Shown in pieces: positions 8,777 through 17,322 of a DNA stretch of 64,000 nt (positions are counted from its first letter, which is position 1; every line of letters starts with the position of its first letter). Source of the stretch: an uncultured bacterium (GTDB lineage Bacteria; Eisenbacteria; RBG-16-71-46). A program made the position numbers and the translations under genes. The DNA lies in the NCBI GenBank assembly GCA_964589945.1, contig CAZPVG010000005.1:15011-79010 (forward strand), given 5' to 3'. Below the pieces are notes generated by a model. It saw only the letters and a list, made by a program, of their open reading frames with translations, ran no database searches and was not told the DNA's origin.

Positions 8777-10687
8777 ATGTTCGAGCGCTGGCTCGAAGCG
8801 ACGACGCCGCTCGTGGACGGTGCGCGGGCGCTCGAGGCGGTCCGTGCCGTGAGCCGCCACCACCGCATCCAGTCCACGGCCGGCTACGACGACGCGGCCG
8901 GATGGCTCTGCGGGGCACTGCGCGAGGCGGGGATCGAACCGGAGGTCGAGCGCGTGCGGGCCGACGGCTCGACGCGCCACCTGGGCTGCCCGATGCAGGA
9001 GGGCTGGCACTGCGACCGGGCCGTCGCGACGCTGCACGGGGCGAAGGGAAGCGAGCCGCTCGCCGACTTCACCGCGGCGCCGCTCTCGTTGATCCAGCGC
9101 AGCGACCCGGCGCGCGGGCGCTGGCCGCTGGTCGCCGCCGGGCGAGACGCCGACCCGGGCGGGAGCGTGGTGCTGACGTCGGAGCCCGTGCAGCGCACGC
9201 ACGCCCGCGAGGTGATCGGACGCGGCGCCGCGGGCCTGCTCTCCGACGGACGGCGGCTGCTGCCCCCCGTGCGCACCGAGGAGCACGACAGGGACTCGCT
9301 CGCCTACACGTCGTTCTGGTGGCTCGGCGACGAGCCGCGCGGGTGGGGCTTCGTCGTGAGTCCCGCGCGCGGCGCGGAGCTGCGGGCGCGGCTGGTCGCG
9401 GGGGAGCCGCTCGAGCTCGAGGCCGAGATCGTCTCGCGCCGCTTCGCCACCGAGGTCCCGCTGGTCACCGCCACGCTCCCGGGGCAGCTTCCGGGCGAGG
9501 TGCTCGTGACGGCGCACCTCTGCCACCCGAAGCCGGGCGCGAACGACAACGGTTCCGGGGTGGCCGCGGCGCTCGAGGCCGCGCGGGTGCTGGCGGAGCT
9601 GGGGCGCGCCGGCACGCTTCCGCGCGCGCGGCGCACGATCCGTTTCCTGTGGATGCCGGAACTGACCGGCACGTACGCGTGGCTGGCGGGCGGGCGTGAA
9701 CGCGCGACGCGGACCGTGGCGGCGCTCAACCTCGACATGGTGGGCGAGTCGCAGGACGAGTGCGGAAGCACGCAGCTCATCGAGCGCGCGCCGCACTACG
9801 CCGGCTCGTTCGCCGAGGAGCTGATCGTCCGCATCCGGCACGCGTCGCAGGAGCGGGTGGCGGGATTCGCCGACGGGGGACGCTACGCGATGGTCCGCAC
9901 GGCCGAGATTCCCTACTCGGGCGGCAGCGACCACTCGTTGTGGGTGGACCCGGCGGTCGGCGTGCCGTGCCCGATGCTCATCCAGTGGCCCGACCGCTAC
10001 TACCACTCGGACCTCGACACGGCCGACCGCTGCGACCCGGCCTCCCTGGCGCACGCGGGGCGCATCGCCGCAACGTACGCGGCGGCCGTGGCGTGCGCGG
10101 GCGCCGACGAGGCCCGCGCGCTCCTCACGGCGGTCGGTCGCGGGGCGCGGCGCCGGCTCCTGGGAGCCCTCGACGAGCGCGAGCCCGCCGCGGCGGCGAG
10201 GGCCGAGCTGCGGCGGGGGCAGGTCGCGCTCGCCAGCGTCGCGCGGCTGGTGGACGGGCCGGGTGGTCCGCTTGCCCGGGCGCTCGAGGCCGCGCTGCCG
10301 ACGGCGGCCGACGAGCTGGAGGGTTTCTTCGAGGCGGAGATCCGGCCGCACCTGCCCTCGGGGGGCCGGCCCGCGGCGGCGCGGGACCGCCGCGTGCCCG
10401 TCCGGCGGCAGCCGTCGGCGCTCGTGGCCATGCGTGCCCTCCAGGCCGGGATGGACACGGCACCCGCGGAGGTCCGGGCGGCCTTCCTGGCGCTCGACGA
10501 CGAGCTGCCCCTCGGCAGCACCGCCGTGGACCTCGCGTGGTTCGCCTGCGACGGCCGGCGCACGATCGGCGAGATCGCGGCCCTGCTCCACGACGAGGGT
10601 TGTCCGATCGGCGAGGAAGGGACGGGACGACTGTTCGAGACCACCGCGGCGCTCGGTGCGAGCGCCTGGCGGGAGGGAGGCGCGTGA
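8777..10687 (+). CDS. DUF4910/M28-like zinc aminopeptidase-family protein with C-terminal HTH
   Basis: AHLCHPKPGANDNGSG, WMPE, LNLDMVG, GSDH, YYHSDLD; C-terminal CDGRRTIGEIA. Confidence 0.75.
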   Translation: MFERWLEATTPLVDGARALEAVRAVSRHHRIQSTAGYDDAAGWLCGALREAGIEPEVERVRADGSTRHLGCPMQEGWHCDRAVATLHGAKGSEPLADFTAAPLSLIQRSDPARGRWPLVAAGRDADPGGSVVLTSEPVQRTHAREVIGRGAAGLLSDGRRLLPPVRTEEHDRDSLAYTSFWWLGDEPRGWGFVVSPARGAELRARLVAGEPLELEAEIVSRRFATEVPLVTATLPGQLPGEVLVTAHLCHPKPGANDNGSGVAAALEAARVLAELGRAGTLPRARRTIRFLWMPELTGTYAWLAGGRERATRTVAALNLDMVGESQDECGSTQLIERAPHYAGSFAEELIVRIRHASQERVAGFADGGRYAMVRTAEIPYSGGSDHSLWVDPAVGVPCPMLIQWPDRYYHSDLDTADRCDPASLAHAGRIAATYAAAVACAGADEARALLTAVGRGARRRLLGALDEREPAAAARAELRRGQVALASVARLVDGPGGPLARALEAALPTAADELEGFFEAEIRPHLPSGGRPAAARDRRVPVRRQPSALVAMRALQAGMDTAPAEVRAAFLALDDELPLGSTAVDLAWFACDGRRTIGEIAALLHDEGCPIGEEGTGRLFETTAALGASAWREGGA

Positions 10688-11109
10688 TGCAGCAGCAGAA
10701 GACGACCTACGGGTGGGCGCTCCGCATCGACTCGGGCGAGGACGTGTGGGAGTCGCTCCGGGCGTTCGGGGAGCGCGAGGGCGTTCGGGCCGGGCTCATC
10801 AGCGGCCTCGGCGCGGTGGGCGAGTGCGAGCTCGGGTTCTTCCGGCGCAGCGACGGCGTCTACGTCAGGCGCACGTTCACCGGCGAGCACGAGATCGGTG
10901 TGCTCACGGGCAACTTCAGCGAGCTGGACGGCCGGCCGTTTCCGCACTGCCACATCGTGATCGCGGGGGAGGACTTCGTCGCCCACACCGGGCACCTCTT
11001 CCGCGCTGTCGTCACCGTCACGTGCGAGGTGCAGGTCGTGACCGCGCCGGGCGTCCTGCGGCGCGCGACGCGCCCGGACCTGGGATTCAACCCGCTCGAG
11101 CTCGCCTGA
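10687..11109 (+). CDS. PPC/DUF296 domain protein
   Basis: LRIDSGED, ISGLGAV, EIGVLTGN, PHCHIV, GHL; ATG overlaps the upstream TGA. Confidence 0.85.
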   Translation: MQQQKTTYGWALRIDSGEDVWESLRAFGEREGVRAGLISGLGAVGECELGFFRRSDGVYVRRTFTGEHEIGVLTGNFSELDGRPFPHCHIVIAGEDFVAHTGHLFRAVVTVTCEVQVVTAPGVLRRATRPDLGFNPLELA

Positions 11110-11118
11110 GCGGCGCGG

Positions 11119-11757
11119 CTACGGCCGCTTCGTCCGCGACGCGGGCAGCGCCTTGGGCGCGCTCTCGAGGCGCGCGCGCCGGACCAGCGCGAGCTTTCCC
11201 GGGTCCGGTCCCGAGACGAGGCGAGCGATTCCGGGGGTGTCCGCGAGCGCGGCGATGCGGTCCACCGTGTCCATGCCGGAGACGACGCGGCCGAACACTG
11301 TGTACCCGCCGCGGTCGAGGTCCGGCCGGTCGGCGAGGCAGATGAAGAACTGGGAGCCGTTCGAGTCCTTCGCCGGGTTGACCGCGTCGGGCAGGCGGGC
11401 CATGGCGACCGCACCGCGCAGGTGCTTCAGGCCGATCTCGGCCGGCACGACGTAACCGGGTCCTCCCCGGCCGTCGTTGAACGGGTTGTCGTCGCGCGTG
11501 TTCGGGTCGCCGCCCTGGATCATGAAGCCCGGCACCACGCGGTGGAAGCAGGTGCTGTCGTAGAAGCCGGTGGCGACCAGCCGCCGGAAGTTGGCGCAGG
11601 TCCTCGGCGCCTCGCGCGAGGCGAGCCGGATGACGATGCGTCCGCGCGCGGTGTCGAGGACCACGAGCGAGTCCGGCGACGCGGCGGCCGTGCACGCCGG
11701 CGGCCCCGCGGCGGCGCCGAGGATCGCGGCGAGGACGAGCAAGACGGTGCGACGCAT
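11119..11757 (-). CDS. Exported cyclophilin-type peptidyl-prolyl isomerase
   Basis: Signal peptide; FHRVVPGFMIQGGDP, GAVAMAR, NGSQFFI, YTVFGRVVSGMDTV. Confidence 0.92.
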   Translation of the reverse strand: MRRTVLLVLAAILGAAAGPPACTAAASPDSLVVLDTARGRIVIRLASREAPRTCANFRRLVATGFYDSTCFHRVVPGFMIQGGDPNTRDDNPFNDGRGGPGYVVPAEIGLKHLRGAVAMARLPDAVNPAKDSNGSQFFICLADRPDLDRGGYTVFGRVVSGMDTVDRIAALADTPGIARLVSGPDPGKLALVRRARLESAPKALPASRTKRP

Positions 11758-11921
11758 GAAGCCTCCGGGCGGGCGGGGGACGCGACGGCGCGCGACGCGG
11801 GCGGACGGCCGACGCGGGTGGGCATGAAAAGGACCCGTCAAGCCGCGGGGGCGATTCGGCCGCTGCGCGTGCGGTGTGATGAGGCTATACTCATCCGCCG
11901 CCGCGAGTCTTCGGGCGCGCC

Positions 11922-12689
11922 TCACTCGGAGGTGCCCGGGGGTCCGACGGCGGCGACGCCCCAGAGCCGGCCGGTCCGGCCCCGGTCGCGTCGGTGGGAG
12001 AAGTACCAGTACGGCTCGCACGCGGTGCAGGCGCCCGTGTCGTGGAGGGAGTCGGGCGGGATGCCGGCCGCTTCGAGCGCGAGACGTGCCGCGGTCGGCA
12101 GGTCGAGACGGGGCCGCCCGTCGGTTTCGCGCCGCGCTTCCGCGGGGAAGCGGTCCGCGACGTCGCGGCCGACTTCGTAGCAGCAGCCCCGGATGCAGGG
12201 GCCGATGTGGACGTGGACTTGCGCCGGCTCGCAGCCGGCGCTCGCGCAAAGGGCGGCCAGCGCGGCGCCCGGCATGCCGTCGGCGGTTCCCCGCCAGCCC
12301 GCATGGGCGGCGGCGACCGCACCGGGGGCGACATAGAGGAGCGACATGCAGTCGGCGGTGGTCACCGCGAGGGCGACGCCGGGAACGCGCGTCACGAGCG
12401 CGTCGCACCCCGGCTGATGGCCGGGCGAGGTGACCTCGACCACGCGGGCGCCATGGACCTGCCCGGCGGTCGCGAGAGCGGCCGGATCGAGCCCGAGGGC
12501 GGCGAGAAAGCGGGTGCGGTTCTCGACGACCGCGCCGGGACGGTCGGCGGTGGAGCGGCCGAGGTTGAGCGACTCGAAGGGCGGCGCGCTGACGCCGCCG
12601 CGGCGGGTCGAGAAGGCGAGACGGAAGGCGGCAGGGCCGTGCGAGGGCCGCCAGTGGGGTACGGGGGCGTGAGGATCGAGCGTCCACAT
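11922..12689 (-). CDS. pgeF: YfiH/PgeF (laccase-domain) peptidoglycan editing / purine nucleoside phosphorylase
   Basis: FSTRRGGVS, LNLG, QVHG, TADC, HAGWRG, IGPCI..CCYEVG, CTAC...YFSHRR. Confidence 0.9.
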   Translation of the reverse strand: MWTLDPHAPVPHWRPSHGPAAFRLAFSTRRGGVSAPPFESLNLGRSTADRPGAVVENRTRFLAALGLDPAALATAGQVHGARVVEVTSPGHQPGCDALVTRVPGVALAVTTADCMSLLYVAPGAVAAAHAGWRGTADGMPGAALAALCASAGCEPAQVHVHIGPCIRGCCYEVGRDVADRFPAEARRETDGRPRLDLPTAARLALEAAGIPPDSLHDTGACTACEPYWYFSHRRDRGRTGRLWGVAAVGPPGTSE

Positions 12690-12698
12690 GAGCCGGGC

Positions 12699-12727
12699 AC
12701 GCTAGGCAGCGGCGGGCGCGGGGTCAA
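12699..12727 (-). promoter_or_regulatory. Sigma70-type promoter of pgeF
   Basis: TTGACC-17 nt-TAGCGT, 9 nt upstream of the ATG. Confidence 0.55.
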
Positions 12728-12754
12728 GGAACCGGGTTCGAACGGAAAGGAAGA

Positions 12755-15742
12755 ATGGTGAACCGACGTCAGGCAGTCCTCCTCCTTGCGCTGGCCGTGA
12801 TCGCAGTCCTGTCGGTGAAGGCCTTCGCGCAGGGGCGGGCCGCCACGCCGGGCGCCCGCGCCCCGGAGACGTCGGCCGTCGCGACCGTGGGCCCGCGGAG
12901 CATCACCCGGGCGGAGTGGGAGCGCCGCTGCGCGCTCGCGCTCGCCGAGTTCGAGAAGCGCAACTCGCAGAGCGGGCTCTCGACCGAGGTCCGCGACCTC
13001 GTCCGCCGGCAGGTGCTCGAGAGCGAGATCCGGATCGAGATGCTCGTGCTCGAGGCGAAGCGGCTCGGGATGACCGCCACGCCGGCGGAGGCCGAGTCGG
13101 CCCTCAAGGGCGACCCGTTCTTCAATCCGGGCGGCCGATTCGACGCGGCGCGCTTCGAGGCGGCCCGCACGACGCAGCCGGCGGCATTCCAGTCCGCGAT
13201 CGCCACGGCCAGGGAGCAGATCGCCGCGCGCCGGCTCAACGACCGGATCATGGAACGTTACCGGCCTCCGGACGATCGCTTGAAGCGCCGGGCCGAGCGC
13301 GAGCTCCGGCATGCGACCGTGGACGTGCTCGGGCTGGCGGAGGGTGATTTCGACGGCAGCTACGCCGAGCCGCGCGAGCAGGACGTGATCCACTGGTACC
13401 ACGCGCACACCGACGAGTACCGGCGGGAGGATCGCGCCTCGCTCACGGTGGCGTTCGTGAATTCTCCGGGCCTGTCGGATTCGATCCGCAACCTGCCGGG
13501 CGGCGCGCAGGCGTGGTCCCGCCGGATGAAGGCGATGGCGGACAGCATCCTCGTCGAGGTCGCCCACGGGAAGTCGCTCGAGCAGGCCGCCGGATTCCTC
13601 GGTCCGCGCTCGGGGACGATCGTGACGCCGGACAACTTCCCGGGCTACTGGCGCGCGGGCGCCGACGTGAACCGGCGCATCTTCCAGGTTTCGAGCCGGG
13701 GCAAGGTGATTCCCGAGGCGCTCCCGGCGACGGAGGGATGGCTGGTCGTTCGCGTGGACGACATCGTCCCCGCGCACGTAGCTCCGCTCCGCGAGGTCTC
13801 GAAGGAGATCCGCAGGCAGCTGCGCGCCGACCGCAAGCTCCACCACGAGGAGTACGAGGAGCGCGCGCTCTACGCGACGATCCGGGACTCGCTCGCGGCG
13901 CCGGCCTGGCAATTCCGGGTGGCGATGTTCGACACGGGCAACGTGAAGCTGCCCGAGCCAGGCCCGTCGGACCTCGACCGCTACTACCGGGGGCACCTCG
14001 CCGACTACTCGTCGTTCGACGCGAAGACCGGCGCGATCGTCTCGCGCCCGTTCGACGAGGTGCGCGACGAGATCCGCTCACGGTGGTTCGCCGACCGGCG
14101 GCGCATCGAGGTGCGGATCGCGGCCGACGAGCTCCTGCGCGCGTGGGCCTCGGGCAAGCAGGACGCGAAGGAGGAGGAGCGGCTCGGTGCGCGCGACCTC
14201 CCGCCGGCGATCCACGGCTCGGCGGTCGAGGTGGGAGACGCCACCGCGGCCCTGACGGACACCGTCTGGTCCTATGCCGACCCGAAGGGGCCGGGGATGG
14301 TGCCGACGGGGAGCGGGTGGATCGTGTGGAAGACCGTGGGCCGTATGGACCGGGCTGTGCCGACGTTCGAACAGGCCCGCCCCCTGCTCGCCCGCCGCGT
14401 GGCGGCCGCGAAGGCCGCCGCGGAGGTGGCCGGCGCGCGAGCGCTCTTCGCGCAGGACGCCGGGCGATTCTCCGGGGGCAAGGTCATCTACTACTCGCGC
14501 TTCGGCATCCCCGCGCAGAACCCGATGGACGTCCAGCTCACGCGGGCCGAGGTGGAGCGGTACCAGAAGGAGCACCTCGACCGGTATTCGGCGCCCGAGC
14601 TGGTCACGGCGCGCCACATCCTCATCGCCCCCGGGAACTCGAGTCCCGAGGCGGATCGCGCCGCCCGCAAGCGGGCCGAGGAGATCCTGCGCCGGGCGAA
14701 GGCCGGCGAGGACTTCGCGGCGCTCGCGAAGCAGTACTCCGACGACCCGGCCACGAAGGACAAGGGCGGGGACCTCGGCACGTTCGGCCGGGGCACGATG
14801 ATGGCCCCGTTCGAGCAGGCCGTCTTCGCGCTGAAGCCCGGCGAGTTCGCTCCCGAGCCCGTGCGGACGACCCTCGGCTGGCACGTCGTCTACTGCGTCG
14901 ATCACGTGCCGGCGGTGGTGCACAGGCTCGACTGGATCTACATGATCGTGGGGGGCGACGCGGCGCGCGACAAGGCCCGTCGCGAGGCCGGCGCGCGCGC
15001 CGACAGCTTCGTGCGCGTCCTGAGGAGCGTCGACGCGGCGAAGGCCGTGGCGAAGAAGTACGGCTACGTGCTCCAGTCGTTCCAGAAGCCCCTGGGCGAG
15101 AGCTCCGTCAACAGCCCGATCGCGGAATACTACAAGTCCATCGACGAGGCCCGGCCCGGGCAGTTCGTTCCGCGCGCCGATGGCATGCCCGGCAACACCT
15201 ACTGGGTCACCTGGATCGACAGCATCGGCCCGCCCCGGGCGCCGGACTGGGACCAGGCGAAGAAGTCCGCGCTCGAGAGCTACCGGCGCGGGGCCGGGCG
15301 GCGCGCCCTGGAAGCGAAGCGGGCCGAACTGGACTCGCTCGCGGCGCAGGGCTGGTCCCTCGACAGCCTGGGAGCGCTCTGGGGTGGCCTCGAACGTCAG
15401 GACAACCTGGTCGCGGGCCGCGGCCTGCCGGGCCTGGGAGGCGCGTCCGTCCTCGACTCGCTGGTGTTCGGGACGGCGGACGCCGCGCCGGTCCTGTCGG
15501 TCGGACAGGAGAGCGGCTGGGTGGATCTGGCGCAGGGCATCGCCCGAATCCGCCTCGTGGATCGCCAGGAGCCGGCGCGCGAGCAGTTGCTCGCGCGGAT
15601 GGCGGCCGACCGGAACGCGGCGATCGAACGGGGCCTCGTCGGGTACTTCGCCGGGCTCGAGCACCGTTGGCCGGTGCACATCCTCGACGCGAAGATGCGG
15701 GCGACCTCGCCCGTCGAACCGGCCCCCGCGCGCCGGCGCTGA
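12755..15742 (+). CDS. Large SurA/PpiD-like periplasmic foldase (parvulin PPIase)
   Basis: N-terminal signal/anchor and SurA-N-like VATVG..I; canonical parvulin ARHILI...FAALAKQYSDD..KDKGGDLG.F..G.M..PFEQAVFALKPGE. Confidence 0.8.
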   Translation: MVNRRQAVLLLALAVIAVLSVKAFAQGRAATPGARAPETSAVATVGPRSITRAEWERRCALALAEFEKRNSQSGLSTEVRDLVRRQVLESEIRIEMLVLEAKRLGMTATPAEAESALKGDPFFNPGGRFDAARFEAARTTQPAAFQSAIATAREQIAARRLNDRIMERYRPPDDRLKRRAERELRHATVDVLGLAEGDFDGSYAEPREQDVIHWYHAHTDEYRREDRASLTVAFVNSPGLSDSIRNLPGGAQAWSRRMKAMADSILVEVAHGKSLEQAAGFLGPRSGTIVTPDNFPGYWRAGADVNRRIFQVSSRGKVIPEALPATEGWLVVRVDDIVPAHVAPLREVSKEIRRQLRADRKLHHEEYEERALYATIRDSLAAPAWQFRVAMFDTGNVKLPEPGPSDLDRYYRGHLADYSSFDAKTGAIVSRPFDEVRDEIRSRWFADRRRIEVRIAADELLRAWASGKQDAKEEERLGARDLPPAIHGSAVEVGDATAALTDTVWSYADPKGPGMVPTGSGWIVWKTVGRMDRAVPTFEQARPLLARRVAAAKAAAEVAGARALFAQDAGRFSGGKVIYYSRFGIPAQNPMDVQLTRAEVERYQKEHLDRYSAPELVTARHILIAPGNSSPEADRAARKRAEEILRRAKAGEDFAALAKQYSDDPATKDKGGDLGTFGRGTMMAPFEQAVFALKPGEFAPEPVRTTLGWHVVYCVDHVPAVVHRLDWIYMIVGGDAARDKARREAGARADSFVRVLRSVDAAKAVAKKYGYVLQSFQKPLGESSVNSPIAEYYKSIDEARPGQFVPRADGMPGNTYWVTWIDSIGPPRAPDWDQAKKSALESYRRGAGRRALEAKRAELDSLAAQGWSLDSLGALWGGLERQDNLVAGRGLPGLGGASVLDSLVFGTADAAPVLSVGQESGWVDLAQGIARIRLVDRQEPAREQLLARMAADRNAAIERGLVGYFAGLEHRWPVHILDAKMRATSPVEPAPARRR

Positions 15743-15893
15743 TCCGGCCGGAGGGCGACCACCGGGGCGGCGGGGCGTGCAATCTGCACGTTCCGCCGCC
15801 CCGCGCGCTTCCCCGGGACAGGTCCGTCTCAGGTCCGGCGCGGAATCGGCCGATGGTATGTTGCGTGTCGGCCTCCCGACGGGACGAAAGGAC

Positions 15894-17228
15894 ATGGCGA
15901 CCCTTCCCTCCGAGAACGTGAACACGAACCCGAAGCGCGTCGTCCTGGTGGACTTCGACTGGGCCGACGCCGACCTGATGCCCGAGCTGCTGCGCCAGCC
16001 CGGGGTGGCCGTGCGGCTCGTCGCCGGCAGCCACGCGCAGGATCCCGGCCTGCGGGTCGCCGAGCTGTGCGGCCTGCCGCGGACGCTCGACCTCGCCGAC
16101 CTGACCCGCGAGATCTTCGACCTCGCCCTCGTCGGCGAGAGCAGTTCGCGGCGGACGCAGCTCGAGAGCCTGCTCCTCGCCCTCGGAACGCCCTGCCAGA
16201 CGCCGCAGGAGTTCCTGCGAGGCCAGCCCGAGGCGCCGTCCGAGACCACCGCCATCGAGGCACCGCTGGCCCTCCACGCCGCGGCGCTCGAGCACACGCT
16301 GGGCGGCGGCGACTTCGACGCGCTCGTCGAGCAGGCGCTGCCGGACCTCGGCGCGGACGCGCCGGTCACGCCGAAGGCAGTTCCGCTCGGCCACCACCCC
16401 CGGATCCTCATCACGAGCTTCGAGGACTTCCCGTCGCACGAGGCCCGGGCCCACCTCGAGGAGGCCCTGAAGGACCTGGTCCAGCGCTCCGGCGCCGGCA
16501 CCGCGGAGCTCCACGCGGGCGACAGTGCGTCGCTGCAGCTGCTCGCCCAGGTGGGGCCGGAGGACAAGCTGCTCCGGGGTCTCATCGACCTCGCCAACGA
16601 GCTCGGCACGCCGCAGGTGGTCACGCGGCTCTCGGAGCCCGGGCGCGGCAAGGCCTGGGGTGCGTGGCCCTTCCGGACCACGCAGCGACGGGGCGTCCTC
16701 GCCGCGACCTCGCTCGATCCGCAGGCCGGCTGGAGCGAGTGGCAGAACATGGTGGAAGACCTGCGGAACTCCTGGGACGAGCAGGACCGCGAGCGCGCCG
16801 GGGCGTCGTTCCCGTTCACGCCGATGCGCGCGACGGGCTGGCTCGACGCGGAGGAGTTCGGCGCCCGCATCGAGCTGGCCCTCGAGCGGAACCGCCACGA
16901 CCGGATGCGCTTCGAGCTCCATCGGCTCGACTTCCCGGACGCGCCGATGGCGGTCGAGGCGCTCTGCGGCTGGCTGCCCGGCCAGATCCGCGACACGGAC
17001 TGCATCTGCCGCCCGTCGCCACACGGCGTGCTGCTGCTGAACGCCGGACCGGCGGAGACCTTCACCTACCTGCGCCGCCGCCTGCTCGCCCTGTGGGACA
17101 CCGCCTGGCGCGACTCCGGCGCGGCGCCGCCGGCGCCGGCGCTCGTGGACCAGCACGTCGCGATGGCGGGGCCCGAGGACGCCGAGATGTTCCTCGCCGC
17201 CGCGGGAGCCTGGCTGAGCAAGCCCTGA
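15894..17228 (+). CDS. Hypothetical signalling protein: Rossmann-like N-terminus, possible GAF-like middle, degenerate GGDEF C-terminus
   Basis: SD AAAGGA before the ATG; ATGWLDAEEFGARIELALER and IRDTDCICRPSPHGVLLL follow the GGDEF-fold pattern without the GGDEF motif. Confidence 0.55.
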   Translation: MATLPSENVNTNPKRVVLVDFDWADADLMPELLRQPGVAVRLVAGSHAQDPGLRVAELCGLPRTLDLADLTREIFDLALVGESSSRRTQLESLLLALGTPCQTPQEFLRGQPEAPSETTAIEAPLALHAAALEHTLGGGDFDALVEQALPDLGADAPVTPKAVPLGHHPRILITSFEDFPSHEARAHLEEALKDLVQRSGAGTAELHAGDSASLQLLAQVGPEDKLLRGLIDLANELGTPQVVTRLSEPGRGKAWGAWPFRTTQRRGVLAATSLDPQAGWSEWQNMVEDLRNSWDEQDRERAGASFPFTPMRATGWLDAEEFGARIELALERNRHDRMRFELHRLDFPDAPMAVEALCGWLPGQIRDTDCICRPSPHGVLLLNAGPAETFTYLRRRLLALWDTAWRDSGAAPPAPALVDQHVAMAGPEDAEMFLAAAGAWLSKP

Positions 17229-17322
17229 CGGTCGTCCGCGCCGGGCACCGCGGTGCCGGCGGCGCGGCGCTTGACCCTGCGGGGCCTGCGCGGCACTGTG
17301 CGCGCCTTCCACTGGAGGTCGC

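Noticed and set aside
6446-10591. Very long antisense or alternative-frame ORFs (also 14078..17065, 18597..21215, 41428..44811, 60461..63361)
   Set aside because: Arg/Gly/Ala/Pro-rich, motif-free shadows of real genes, as expected from stop-codon scarcity at high GC.
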